A DNA stretch of 64,000 nt from Raillietiella orientalis (lineage: Eukaryota): assembly GCA_036172245.1 (NCBI GenBank), contig JAYWIR010000047.1, positions 496,001 to 560,000 on the forward strand, given 5' to 3'. A program made the translations under genes and the position numbers. Shown piece by piece: positions 28,801 to 40,000 of the stretch (the stretch's first letter is position 1; every line of letters starts with the position of its first letter). A model generated the notes under the pieces. It was not told the origin of the DNA, ran no database searches, and saw only the letters and a program-made list of their open reading frames with translations.

Positions 28801-31000
28801 CAGAAGCTCTCCCGTCCAACTCCGGAAGATTAGAAACGGACTACGATGAATTCGCCTGGTCCGGAAGCACGGAACCCTGGACGCTTTTGTTTCGGTACAG
28901 CGGGCAGTGTCCTTCCACCTGATGCAGTGGTTCCTGGGATCATCGTGGAACACCCGGCGCTGTCGGCTCGTAAACTCCGGATTGACCCGCATCAGCTGCT
29001 GACCAAGGAACGCATAGCAGCTGGCAGGGAGGCGCTGACGTTGGAAGGTGCGGCTCTTTGTGGACAAAAGCAAGCACAGCAACCAGCAGCCAGGTTAGCA
29101 AGAGTACCAGATCGCACACGCAGAGCTGAGATTCCAGACTGGGTGGAATCTCTTGCTCGGACAAGGAGTGAACCACGTGAGTTCAAAGACGGATCCACTC
29201 TTGCCGAGAACTCTGGGGGTGAAATCGACCGCCGTACCCGGATCGACCCGCAGTTTGCTGCTGTCTACTCTGTTCCCCTTCCCCCACCCGCGTCTTTTGT
29301 AGAGAGCAATTTCTGCGGAGAGGCAGAAAGGCTCAGTGGATGACGGCAGGACGTGCCATTCCACTCATTGGGAGAGAGGGCGCGTTCCGAAACGGGAGCG
29401 ATGTCCCTTGATGCTCCCCGAGCTGAGGGAGTACACAGGGTGGGTGGTGCACTCACCGAGAGAGCTCTCGATAGAAACCAGCCGAACCTATGTGTTAAAT
29501 AGTGGCTCTTCGCTTCAGAGGACCAGTTTCTGCAGCTCTTGAGCTCTTCCATGGAGCAAAGGGAGGAGGGAGGGTGATTGCTCTTCCGTTCCCTGGTCAG
29601 TACGCTGATAGGTACTCGCCCTTCTGATAATCAGCTTCAACTCTGTGCCTGCGTGAAGGAAGATGCTGACTTTTGGTCAGAAGAGAGCAGATGATTTGAT
29701 TACTTTCGGAGGCTCCCGGAAGTGGAATGACCTCATCTCTGGGAGCTGCCTACATAGACACGGGACGTTCATCCTCTCTCTACCTATGTCTCTTTCCTTA
29801 CACTTTTCCTACCTGGTTAACAATTATTCCGGAAAGCATGCACCTAGCTGTTATTTTTCTATTCTGGAAAATACCCCACCTATTACTGAATTCCCGATGT
29901 ATAGTGGCGTTTGCTACTAGACACGCTAGAGGTCTTGAGTAGTGTCGACATGGTTCTGCTTCATTTCTTAAAGCCCCTGTTGGTATGTCTTGGTGTGGTT
30001 GTGGGAACAGCAGTTGTTCCTCTTCGTGTGCTGGTGTCCGCGATCCTCCACTTTTTCTCTGCTCCGAGAATCTTCATCCTTCCATGTGTTTATATGGAGA
30101 AGCAAACCCCCTGTCCCCGCTCAGGAATCGTTCCTCAATGGCAGGATAAATTGAACGAGATTTCTGGTAGCTCCGAAGGACTTTTGCCATTTCCCGTTCT
30201 CCTGCCCTCTTAGGAGACTTCTGAAACTCAAAGCAAGCAGACGATTACGTCTGCAGCCGAGCCACAAAGTGCTCGGTGTGTTCCTCTAATCGCGATTACG
30301 GAAGGCTAAGTTGCTGCAATCTCCTTGCACAATTAAAGCAGGCTGCATCTTTCATCTTCCGTTTCTTGCACGCTATCAGACTGGGGACCCGACTTAACTG
30401 TTGGAACTTCCAGCAGCAGTACCGGGCTTGGTTATTTACGATACTCGGCAATTGGGTGCCTGGGATTCCTGGAAGATGGTTTCGAGTTTTCAATGGCCAA
30501 TTAAGGATTCCTCTGGATTAATTCATGCTCCCTTCTTCTTTCCCATTACCCCTGGCTGTTGCCACCGTTCCGTCTAGGGCTTCCCCTATGCCTTCAACAT
30601 TTAATCAATCGGGTCATAGAGGACGGATGTTCCTGTAGGCGAAGCACCACCTGCCTCTTGAAGGAAGGCAAGCTCTTCGGTTTGGTCCCCAAAGTTCTCT
30701 TCTTCACACAGAAGAGAATTCCAGTCCACCCTTCGCTCCCATTTGCGTTTTTTTTATTTTTGCTCTCAGTCGGACAAAGTCGTTGCCGAAGCAACCGATT
30801 CATTTCCGTCGAGGGCCCACTCCTCCATGGAATGAACGCCCCCCGGATCGTCATAGGAGATTACGTCACCAGAGTGCTAACGCGCAGAGCCGGCTACTTT
30901 TAGCTCCTCCCCAGCTCCTACGGGGGCAAACTTCCTGCGCACATGCAGCGCGTCATTGAAACGGACGTCATGTAGGCTCCTTCCGCTCCTGGCATCGTGA
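25900..31000 (-). mobile_element. Near full-length but degenerate L1/Tx1-like LINE (ORF1 zinc-knuckle remnant + ORF2)
   Basis: Ordered minus-strand remnants: 'ACFNC' knuckle (~30320), endonuclease-like patches (29.0-29.9 kb), 'CRIIGVATLSNDLISAIPLNLTKRF' (~28.1 kb; cf. WRPISLL...LANRL), 'LDMEKV' (~27960; cf. LDxEKAFD), 'CDDT' (~27420; cf. YADD), 'GNGRLNLP' (~26750; cf. GGLGLP). Confidence 0.65.
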
Positions 31001-31507
31001 TTCCCGGCCTCTTGAGTTGAAAATCATTCCAGGTTGCTGAAACTCAGCTTACTCTTCCAACAAAGCTTTTCGGGAGAAGACCAACGAGAGTTCCATAAAT
31101 CTTGTGGAATCCGCTTGAAGGACTGCTTTTCTTGTCCATACTGAAGACCCCACCAAAATAGCTGGGAAATGGACATCCGAAGTGACGCGGGGGAATTAAC
31201 AAGATGTTTATATGGGAACTAGAAGGTATTTGCGAGCCCCGAGTGGAGCACCCACTTGAGGAGGACCACATCTCGGAGCAGGAGACCAAGATCGAACTGT
31301 CCCAGGTGCAGACGAAGGAGCACGCCACCTCAGCGATCACGTGACAGATATCCTTAGCGTGACTTACAGGATCGCTCTTTGAGAGAGGGAAGTCGCCCTC
31401 GATCACTACCTCGCTCCACTCCAGTGCTTAGCCAAGAGGTCACGGCTTTCCCTGTTCTGTCGAAAAGGGAGGAACTTTGCGATGGATGGGATTTGGTCTT
31501 CCCAGGT

Positions 31508-32669
31508 CACTCGCCACACCGCGATTCTTTTCTGCTCGTCCACGTTTCACGATGGATCTTTTATCCATGCATTTTGGGTATCCGAACCTTGTTACGTGCG
31601 TGCCGTCTTCGCGGCGCATAGCTGGTCCGTCGACGTGATCTTCTTCCTCTCCTTTCATTCATGCGCTGCTCATATATAAGTAGCATGCACGTATACCTAC
31701 CCACTCCATCGAGGTAAGGCTTCGCGAGATGTTCTACACTGCACACCAATCGTCTGATGCAGGTACGGGGAGTTCTTCCGTCTCATCTGGCCGCCTGTCT
31801 GCTCCAGCGGTGTGCTGCCCCGCGCCACCATTTCGGATGCAACGAGCGCCAATCTGGGAACTCGGAACCAAAACCAATGAGCCGACGCTCCTCTATTTCG
31901 ATTTTCACTTCCGGTTGCACGGGGTATGCGGGGGTTGGGGAGGGATCGTCCAGACCATGCAGCCGGTGACGGTCATCTTCGGACCCCGAGTGCGTCGACG
32001 ATAGATGTGCAGCCTGCAAGATGGAGACGAAGGAGCAGCGCCTTCGCGGACCCACGGTCCGTACAGAACGCAAGGCGGTGCCTCGGAAGCGCCGGAAGGG
32101 AAAAGCATGGCCGAAGGCGAACGCACGAACACGCTTCTCGCGTGTTCGTGCGTGGCTGTTGTCCCAACGCCCCGCTGCCCAGCCGGGGCAACGGCGAACC
32201 GCTCCGGAGGCTGTTGGCGGCGACCAAGTCCCTTTCCCGGTTTGGCTGCGGATGCGCGAGTCAGCAGCAGGTTGGCGGAGCAGCGAGCCCCGCGTAGGCA
32301 AGAAGCCGATGCCCACCCGAACACAGCTCGCACGAAAGCGGCCCGCATGTGGCCCGCTCGGAACGCTTGCTGCGGAGGACTCTGCTGCCCGCGTTCATCC
32401 GCATCTTGTTGATGGGTGCTTTCCCTGTTGCCGGGACGGCAGCCTCTTGCACCGCCGCCGGGAGGTGGCCCTGTGCGGGCGACGCCTCGTGATCATAACG
32501 GGTGTCGCATCCTCCCATCCGTGGAGATTCGAATTCCCAAGTGACGGGGGAGATGTAGTGTGGTTTCTGACTAGCACATCTCTCGAGATGGCTGTCCTGG
32601 AAATCGGAGCAGCAAATCTACCATAGGCAACGAAAAAGCAAATGCTCATAAGACATCCGTTCACAACAG
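31508..32669. repeat. Composite repeat copy 1: flank A (31508-31566) + 942-bp core (31580-32521) + flank B (32523-32669)
   Basis: The core is a direct repeat of 55161-56102 (offset 23581; ORF-track peptides identical). A and B are reverse complements of 56104-56162 and 55010-55156. Confidence 0.97.
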
Positions 32670-33369
32670 AGGGAGTGAACCGGGCATCGGGGAGAACGGT
32701 TTTGAGGAATGAAGATGGCTTCGGAAGGTCGCAGGCGAAGCAGATGAAACGGTTGGCCGGTCTCTTTGCGTGGCAGGCGCTGCTCGCTTGCTGCTCGCGT
32801 GCCGGGGATGAACAAGGATCGGGTCGTAACAAGTTCGCTCTCCCGGAATGATCGCCTTGAAGACACACTCGGGGTCCAGGAAGCCGTGCGAGCGTTCGGT
32901 TCCATTCCACGGTTCACCCCGCAGGAGACGGGATCCCGCAGTAGCATGCTGGCTGGAGCATCACTGGCTGCTCACCTCTTGACAGACAACACCCACCCTG
33001 GAAGCTGACGCCGACACGGATGCCACATCTGGATGTCGGAGAGGGCTCTGGAAAGGTGTGGTTGTCCTCAGAGAGGTGCTCCATGGGCGCCTGTCTCACC
33101 GGAATTCTCCCGTCACGCGGCATCACCGAAGCCCCGTGCTCGCTGAAGATGATCGTTAACTTTACCTCAGTCCGACTCACGTTGGGGTCAGTTTATTGCT
33201 CTTTAAGCATCCACAATCGATCAAGCAAGAATAACGGGAACGAAAAAGGTGTGCGAGCACGTTCTGAACACTTAGATATGTCTTTGTTCTTAATCTTTGT
33301 TCTTGTTTGCGTCTTCTCTACCGGGCAAGGATGTGTCCACTGTATGCATGAAAAAAGGGATGGAGGAAG

Positions 33370-34100
33370 AGGATTATTTATTGCACAGCACTTTCTTTCT
33401 GGTGTCCTTGTGTGGGTTCCACTCGTCGTTCGGATTGCTGCATCTTCCTAGAGGTACTGCTGATTGTCCAAACTGCTGCAGCCTCGTGTGCCGATCTATC
33501 TCTTCGGGAGTACCGTCGACATTTCCCTGGCACTCACCTGAACTCCTCGTCGAGGCTTCGTCCTCCTGACGAGAATGCTTCTGACGAAGAAGAACCAAAG
33601 TGACCCTGGACGCGGAGTTGTATATAAGGGGGATGACGACTCCTCGACCAATGAAGAGTCCTCGAAGGATCTCGATTCCGATTTCCCCTTGAAGCTCCAT
33701 TGCTTGCTTGACCACCCCCATCATGTCTTGCAGGTGTAGAGACGAAGATTGTCTTGCATACTCCTGCAGGCAGGACGGCCTCCATCGGGTTGCCGATCCA
33801 ACATCGGAATCTGATGCCTCTCAGGGTCCTTCCGACACAGAACATCACCGCTGAAGATGGCAACTGCCTGGAGCAGCCGTCTCTTGAATGTCTTTGCAAG
33901 GGATGGAGATGGTCAGTTGGATGGGAGACAAAGCCATTCGGTCGGCTGCAGGTGCCGTCTGGATCTATAGACGCGCTCTGAAGTGTAGTTCCCTGGGAGC
34001 CCAGCGCTCGAACCTTCAAGGAGGTCAGATAGAAAAGGGACAAACACCCAGTGGCGGCGTTATCGCGACAGTCATGAGTCTGCGCTTTCACAAAGACCTT
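33370..34100 (-). mobile_element. Possible Tx1-like ORF1 remnant
   Basis: 'VVKQAMELQGEIGIEILRGLFIGRGVVIPLIY' resembles the Tx1 ORF1 'V.M.L...IPS.L.IG....Y' segment. No intact ORF. Confidence 0.3.
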
Positions 34101-35299
34101 GAAAGGATGGCGTGGCTCGCTGCAGCGGCACCACCTGAAAGCCTTCGCTGGTCGGGGAAGCCGCTCAGCCAGGACACACCCACGCTCCGCGGGGGAAAGG
34201 GAGAGGAAACATCGCGTCCTCTCCCGACTGGATGGAGGAGGAGCGAAACTGGTGACCGAACGCCCACGCCTCTGCCTTGTACCACGCGGAAGAGGAAAGT
34301 GGGCTTTCCGAAGCCCCCCTCTACTCCATTAGTGGCTCGAATTTCGCTTATCTCTCCGGCGATAAGAAAGCGATAGAGACGTGACCGACGCCCACGGAGA
34401 AGCCCAGGGACAACGACGCCATTCCCCTCACTCGGTAGGCTAGTCTGAGGAAGGGGAGCTTTGCGTGCCTCACCCCCGTGAAGGTTCCTCTCTCCATCCT
34501 CTCTGGCGGGTCACGTGCTCGCGCATGCGCATGAGAATCGGGGCGTGGGGCAGTGCGAGTACGCACCGGCCTTTCGCTGGATGGATGGGAACGCCTGACT
34601 GGACACCCGATTCCCCCTCCCTTCGGATGGATGAGGGAGAGCGCGCCGACCACACGCACATTGCGCTGGCCTGCCGGAGGGTCACCCGCACCGCCCTTGC
34701 ACGCAGTTGTGCCAACGCAGGTCCTCCTCCTGGGCCAAGGGCCTTGCGGCGGTCCTCAGATGCCGCACCCGATCTCTCCCTTCTCGTCGGAGGCGGAATC
34801 AACCCGTCTCGGGTTGCCGCTGCCTGAGCTCGTCCGCGGAGGCGGCGAGCGTAGCCGAAGTCGCCTCCGGACACGGCCGTGGTTTCAGCCACCGCTCGGA
34901 TTCGTCGGCGCAGTAGACGAACAACGTTCCTGGAAGGGGCAACGGGGGAAATCCCGAGGATCGCAGCAGCGTGGGCCACCCCATTCGTCTTCCCCTTCGG
35001 CCAATCAGGCCAAGCGAGGCATGCGATCTCGTGCCCAGGCAGAGGAGGATCGCCCCCTCCGCGGGAGGGTCCGTAATGAGCGATACAGCAGAAGGGATGC
35101 CGCGGAATTGGCGCTGAATGAAAACGTTAACGAACGAAGGCTGTGCACGTGCCGCGCGAGCGGGCAGTGTCGGAGGAGCCCAAGGGGTCACTGGAGGCGT
35201 GCCTTTCAGCGGAGCGGGCTACACTAACCAGGTAACGGCATTGATAAGGTCTGACGCGGGGGGAAGACGGGGAGGGGGACTGAGGTGTTCGGGGACCCT

Positions 35300-37250
35300 C
35301 GCATCGAACGAGGGAGATCCCGAATCCCGTTTGAATGAGGCACCGCGAGGAGAGTCCGGGTGGCTCTGCTCTTCCGGTAATTCAGTTATCCCGATCTCCA
35401 TTATCGAGTCTAGATGGACACGGACCTTCCTCTTCTCCTGAAACCCATTCATCTGCGGTTTCATTTGCGAGCATTCACATCCTTCGAAAGGGGCAGGAAA
35501 ATCTCCACTCCTTGGGAACTGGCTGGTTGCCGCAAGCGGTCGTCTCGAGACGCCGGGACTGTCGAGAAGGTCTGGCTGCGAAACGCGAGACCGAAGGCTA
35601 CGGTCCTCTGTGATGCGCCGGATGGGTCCTTTCTTTTCAACCCCTTCTCTCCGCCTCCCCACACTCTTTCCCATCCTACCCATCCTCCACTTGGTACCAT
35701 GTGGATGCGGAGAACGGTCTCTGGGAGAGAGGAAAACAGCCCTGAGTTCGCCGCTTGGACTGGAAGCCCTGAGTTCGACACGGAAAGGTTTCGCCCACGT
35801 GCCGCGTATTGACCTGCGTGAATTCCGGCATCCTGAGGGACCAAAATTTCATCTTCTGGAGGATTTCCACCATGTGGATCTGGAGATGCTTTGCGCGAAG
35901 GACTTGTGTGTTTCGCGCCGGGACAGAGTCTAGGTCTCCTGATGCTGGAGCGAATGGAGCTATAGTTCCAGTTTGGAACACTTACCCTTGTGGCAAACCT
36001 CTGCAGCACCGCCTGGTGCCAACCTGCACGTCTTCTCGTCCAGCAGACCACCGGTAGCGTGGGGCTTTCGTTCTTCCTTGCGCGCCATCCATGCAGTCTC
36101 ATCCACGGAGGACTGCACTTGAGGCAGGTGGCCACGCTGGCGAGGAAAAACGGATGGATCTCGTACTGCCCCGCGAATGAAAGTGCCTGTGGGAGAGCAT
36201 CCAGGAGCCAAGTCCCGAACAGATGCGATGTTTCCCGTACGCTCATAACAACAACTGCACGCTCCGGGAGATCCTGGAAGATCCCGCGAGGAGTGCGTGG
36301 GCAGGCAGAACCTCCCTCACCGCCGCGCTGCCTCCCTTAGGGAGCACATGGACAGCAGCCTCACGGCTAGATGGGAGGTTATTGTGGACATCTCCGGAAG
36401 GAGAAGAGGCCCGGGAGAGTGGACGACAGGCCAGCTCACCGACCCTGCGACCCCGAGTCCTCTACCTCATGGACTTTTGCTACTGGGTGTGCTACTAGGT
36501 ATTTCGGAGGAAGATCTGCAGTGGCCCACGGTGATCATGAACACCGCATTCTCCCCTTGAAGTGGCAGGGGTCGGCATTGATGCTGCTGCACTGGGGTCT
36601 CCCGTACAACGCCCGCTGGCATCACTGGACACAGGTGTGTGTGGATCCAAACTGTGCAAGGTGCGGGGAGCGGGAATCCCTCCCGCACCTCCTATTGGAC
36701 TGTGTTGCCCTCCGACCCCTTTGATGACGCTTTTTTGCGACCCCTGGAACCCCCGGCGGCAATGCCAGACAAGTTTTAAAGACCTTTTCCTGCGCAACGC
36801 CCTCACTGCCGGCCGCATCCCTCTCTAGCAGCACTTTGCTGCTCACGTGGCGGGATCGTTGCTGCTCCATGCAGCCATCTATTCTGCAGAGCAGAGAAGG
36901 CCAGAACGACAGGGACGCCATCTATTCTGCTGTCCTCTTCATGAGAACAGCGTCAAGATGGCCCCACCTCGGAGTCTTGAAACAGGAACTTGCCGGCATC
37001 CTTACAAGGTTGTAGAGGACACCCTCCAGCACACAGTGATCTCTTCCCGAACCACCCACCCCACCCCCAATTTTTGACGGTACGCTTTTTGTTTTATTTT
37101 TTTTCTTCCTGTTTGTCTCCCCTTCCCCTGTGCTGACGAAGCGAACTCTACTGGCCTGTACCCAGCAGGCTCCTTTTCGTATTCATAAGTAACGTGCCAG
37201 GAACAAATGTCCTGCCAAGCCATCTATGTTTATTTTGTAAATAAACGACC
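35300..37250 (+). mobile_element. 3' half of an L1/Tx1-like LINE ORF2 with 3' UTR
   Basis: C-terminal zinc finger 'LLHWGLPYNARW...DPNCARCGERESLPHLLLDC' (ORF 36371-36724; typical zf-RVT CxxC...HxxxxC), then a pyrimidine-rich 3' UTR and AATAAA at 37240-37245. Frameshifted. Confidence 0.8.
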
Positions 37251-37326
37251 CAGATTGACCAGGTCTCAACCATGTGGATCTGCACTCAGTGGTCAGGAGG
37301 GGGCATCTTGGCCTCATTTACGTGGG

Positions 37327-37888
37327 TGAGGTCAATACCAGAGGAGATTCTCTACGATTTCCTCCTCCTTGTTGCCCCGCCGAAGACTCGCTGGAAGTTA
37401 GTACTCACCCGAAGTGCTCCCCCGGTGTCTGTCACGGTCTCGCTGGATGCTGGAGAGCATCGCCACCTTCCTCTCCATTTTTTTTTTTTTCCCCCTTCGT
37501 ACCAGTGAGAGGAGGGGCTCGAAGTTCTCGGGCACCCCGTCGTTCATTGTCCCAGCACTTTTTACGGAACGGGAGGCACCGCCCTGCCCCACCTCCGGTC
37601 TCTCTTCTTAGCCGTTCTTGCCCCGACTCTGCCGCTGAGTCTTCTTGGGTGGGCAGGCGGCAGCGACGACGACGGCGACTCGACTTTCGCTGCAGGGCGC
37701 CTCTCTGCGGCGAGGGCTGGAGGTGCGCAAGCAGCGATGCAAGGAGACTCTCCTTCCTTCCTCCACGTCGCGCACCTCGTGCCCATCCGATCCACGGCGT
37801 CGCTTCTTGGGGAAGGGGAAGGAGGTGGGGCGCCCCTTGTACGGGAAACAGATAGGAGAAAATCGTTGGGGAGCCTCAGGCAAACCCC
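37327..37888 (-). repeat. Copy 2 of the ~560-bp inverted duplication (partner 15047-15607)
   Basis: Direct comparison with the reverse complement of 15047-15607. Confidence 0.95.
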
Positions 37889-37889
37889 G

Positions 37890-38660
37890 ATCGCCTTCCA
37901 GGACGAGGCAGCGACTTCAGCAGGATGGCGAGGTGGTGGACAAGGCGAAGAATCGCCACTGCCTCCCAGCATTTACTCCATGGAAACTTGGAGAGCGACA
38001 ACGGGAACGCCGCCACGAATTGAACGAAGTGGCTTCGCATATAGTCTGGGTTTTCCTTTTTTTTTTCTTTTTCAGCCACGCCGGCTGGAAAAACCTGGAT
38101 GCGCGTAGTTGGGGGCGATGGGGAGCGTGACCCTCGCAAACGTGGGAATCGCAGCAAGACCGCATTCTTCTCGAGTCGGTCGTTGAAGTGGAGGCCGAAA
38201 TGCGCCGCTGGCATTCCACCCCACTGGTCTCCGGAGATTCGCCACGCCGGAGACCGAAACGCAAGGAAGGAGGGATGCGTACCCTGGGGAGGCCAGGCAC
38301 GGGTGGTCGTTCGAGAGGCTCCGTTCGCAAGGACCCCATCTCCGCGAGCGGAGTCCTGCCGCCAGAGGTTGCGTCCGGCGGAACCGGATGCGGACAGCAC
38401 GTTGGAGGTCTTCGGCAGCACCAAGTGCCGCGACTGTGGTGTCGCGACAAGTGGCTCAACGACCCAAGGGGGAAGGCGAGGAGTTGAGGACTGCAGCGCT
38501 GCTGAACTGGCTGAACTCCCAGGTGGCGGGATTCTACGCAGAGGGTCTCAAAACCTTCGTGGCTCAAAAGCCTCGTGGCTTCTTCCACGGTGTCAAAAGT
38601 ATATGGCAAACGATGGTGACCACGTAGAAAAGCGACATAGGGATGTACGTGTTTCGAACC
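37890..38660 (-). mobile_element. Tx1-like ORF1 remnant
   Basis: 'TFDTVEEATRLLSHEGF...VQPV...RIPPSLRFG' resembles the RRM-like region of Tx1 ORF1. It continues into the duplicated 560-bp block. Confidence 0.45.
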
Positions 38661-39099
38661 CACCAGTACATTTTCGTTCCTCTTATTTGTTCTTCCTTTA
38701 TATCCAATCGGCCCCTACCTTTGAAGTGCTCCTCGCACATGTACTATGCTGCAGACTACAAAGCATAAGCGATTTATATTCTACAATATACGTACCACTT
38801 ACGCTATGGTGTGCGAAAAAGTAAGTAGTATACAATAAGCGGCATAGTACGCCGGACAGGTGTAAGCACATCAGTACAAGCGGCGCGTTCTAGCTCATAC
38901 GTTATTCACGGTAATGTCCAAAGAATCACTATGGTGAAGTAGTGTACCATAATGGGTTTATGTACAATGTAAAATGAATGATTGCTATTGCGATTTGATA
39001 TTGCGATTGATATTGCGATTTTTCGCCTCGGTCTGAGGAGTCTTTTCCGGATAGCCCACAAAGAATTCATCATGCTAAGCCTAAAACGGAAGCACTGGA

Positions 39100-40000
39100 A
39101 TTCAGCTCAGGGAAGAAAAGAAAGGGAAATGGAAAGGCGGGAAGAAAGAGGCACAGTTACTAGTTGTCGAAACAACGAACAGGAGAATCCAGTCACTTTC
39201 GTGTCACATGTAGGAAAAAAAATAGCGTAAGTAGCAAATGAAATGCGAGAGGTTACGCTGTTTTTTAACTCTCTCAGAGAGCTAATGAGTTCCCGGATCC
39301 CACTGAGACAGTTTGCTCCAGCTCCCGAGCATCCCAGACAACTACTGCTGATGCCAAACTGCAACGCCTACTAGTGGGAGCGCGTGGTAGGACTTGCCGA
39401 CGTCTCAGATAAACCTCGAGAGGACCTTGACGCAGAAGCAATCGATTCTGTCGAAAGTCCGACGCCGTTTGGGAGCCAATTGGGGAAAGGTGGGGGGGAA
39501 GGTTGCAAGACTGGGATGCAGCAGCATCCTCGCTTTTACGTGCACGGGCGTGGGAAGCATCGCCCGTTTGCAAGAGAAAACAGAAAATGCTCTTCGACAG
39601 GTGGTCCTCGGAATCATTAAGCAAGCAGGACTGCATCTTAGCAGCTCAGGACCTCCCAACCCGTGCGATCTCGCCAGCAAGGGTCGCCTAAGAACACACT
39701 TTGAACACACTCCCGAATCTCGGCAGAGAGGAAGCCGCAGAGGAGATACCCCCTAGGGCAGGCAGACATTTCTGTCCGCGCTGGCGGCCGTGCGGCTGCG
39801 GGGTCTCTGCGCGTGGCACCGACCGTCGCGGGTTGGAATCCCGTCCGGTGCGAAGCATCGACTCCAAGAAAGAAGTGGGGGTGCGTCGTGTGGGTTTCGA
39901 GTTTACCTCCGCAAGGTGGCGCTGGTTGGTTCCTTGGTTGGCTCCGGGTGCGACACTGGTGGAAGGCAGATGCTCCCGTTGACTGGCTGGGATCAGAAGT
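39100..40000 (-). mobile_element. Decayed LINE ORF2 C-terminal fragment
   Basis: 'RPLLARSHGLGGPEL' (cf. LP...GGLGxP) followed downstream by 'CLGC'. Weak. Confidence 0.3.

Noticed and set aside
32261..32518. Minus-strand peptide 'RMNAG...CELC...H' as an RT C-terminal zinc finger
   Set aside because: Too short and degenerate to distinguish from chance.
38981..39022. Three tandem ATATTGCGATT(T)G-like units
   Set aside because: Short minisatellite without spacers; not CRISPR-like.
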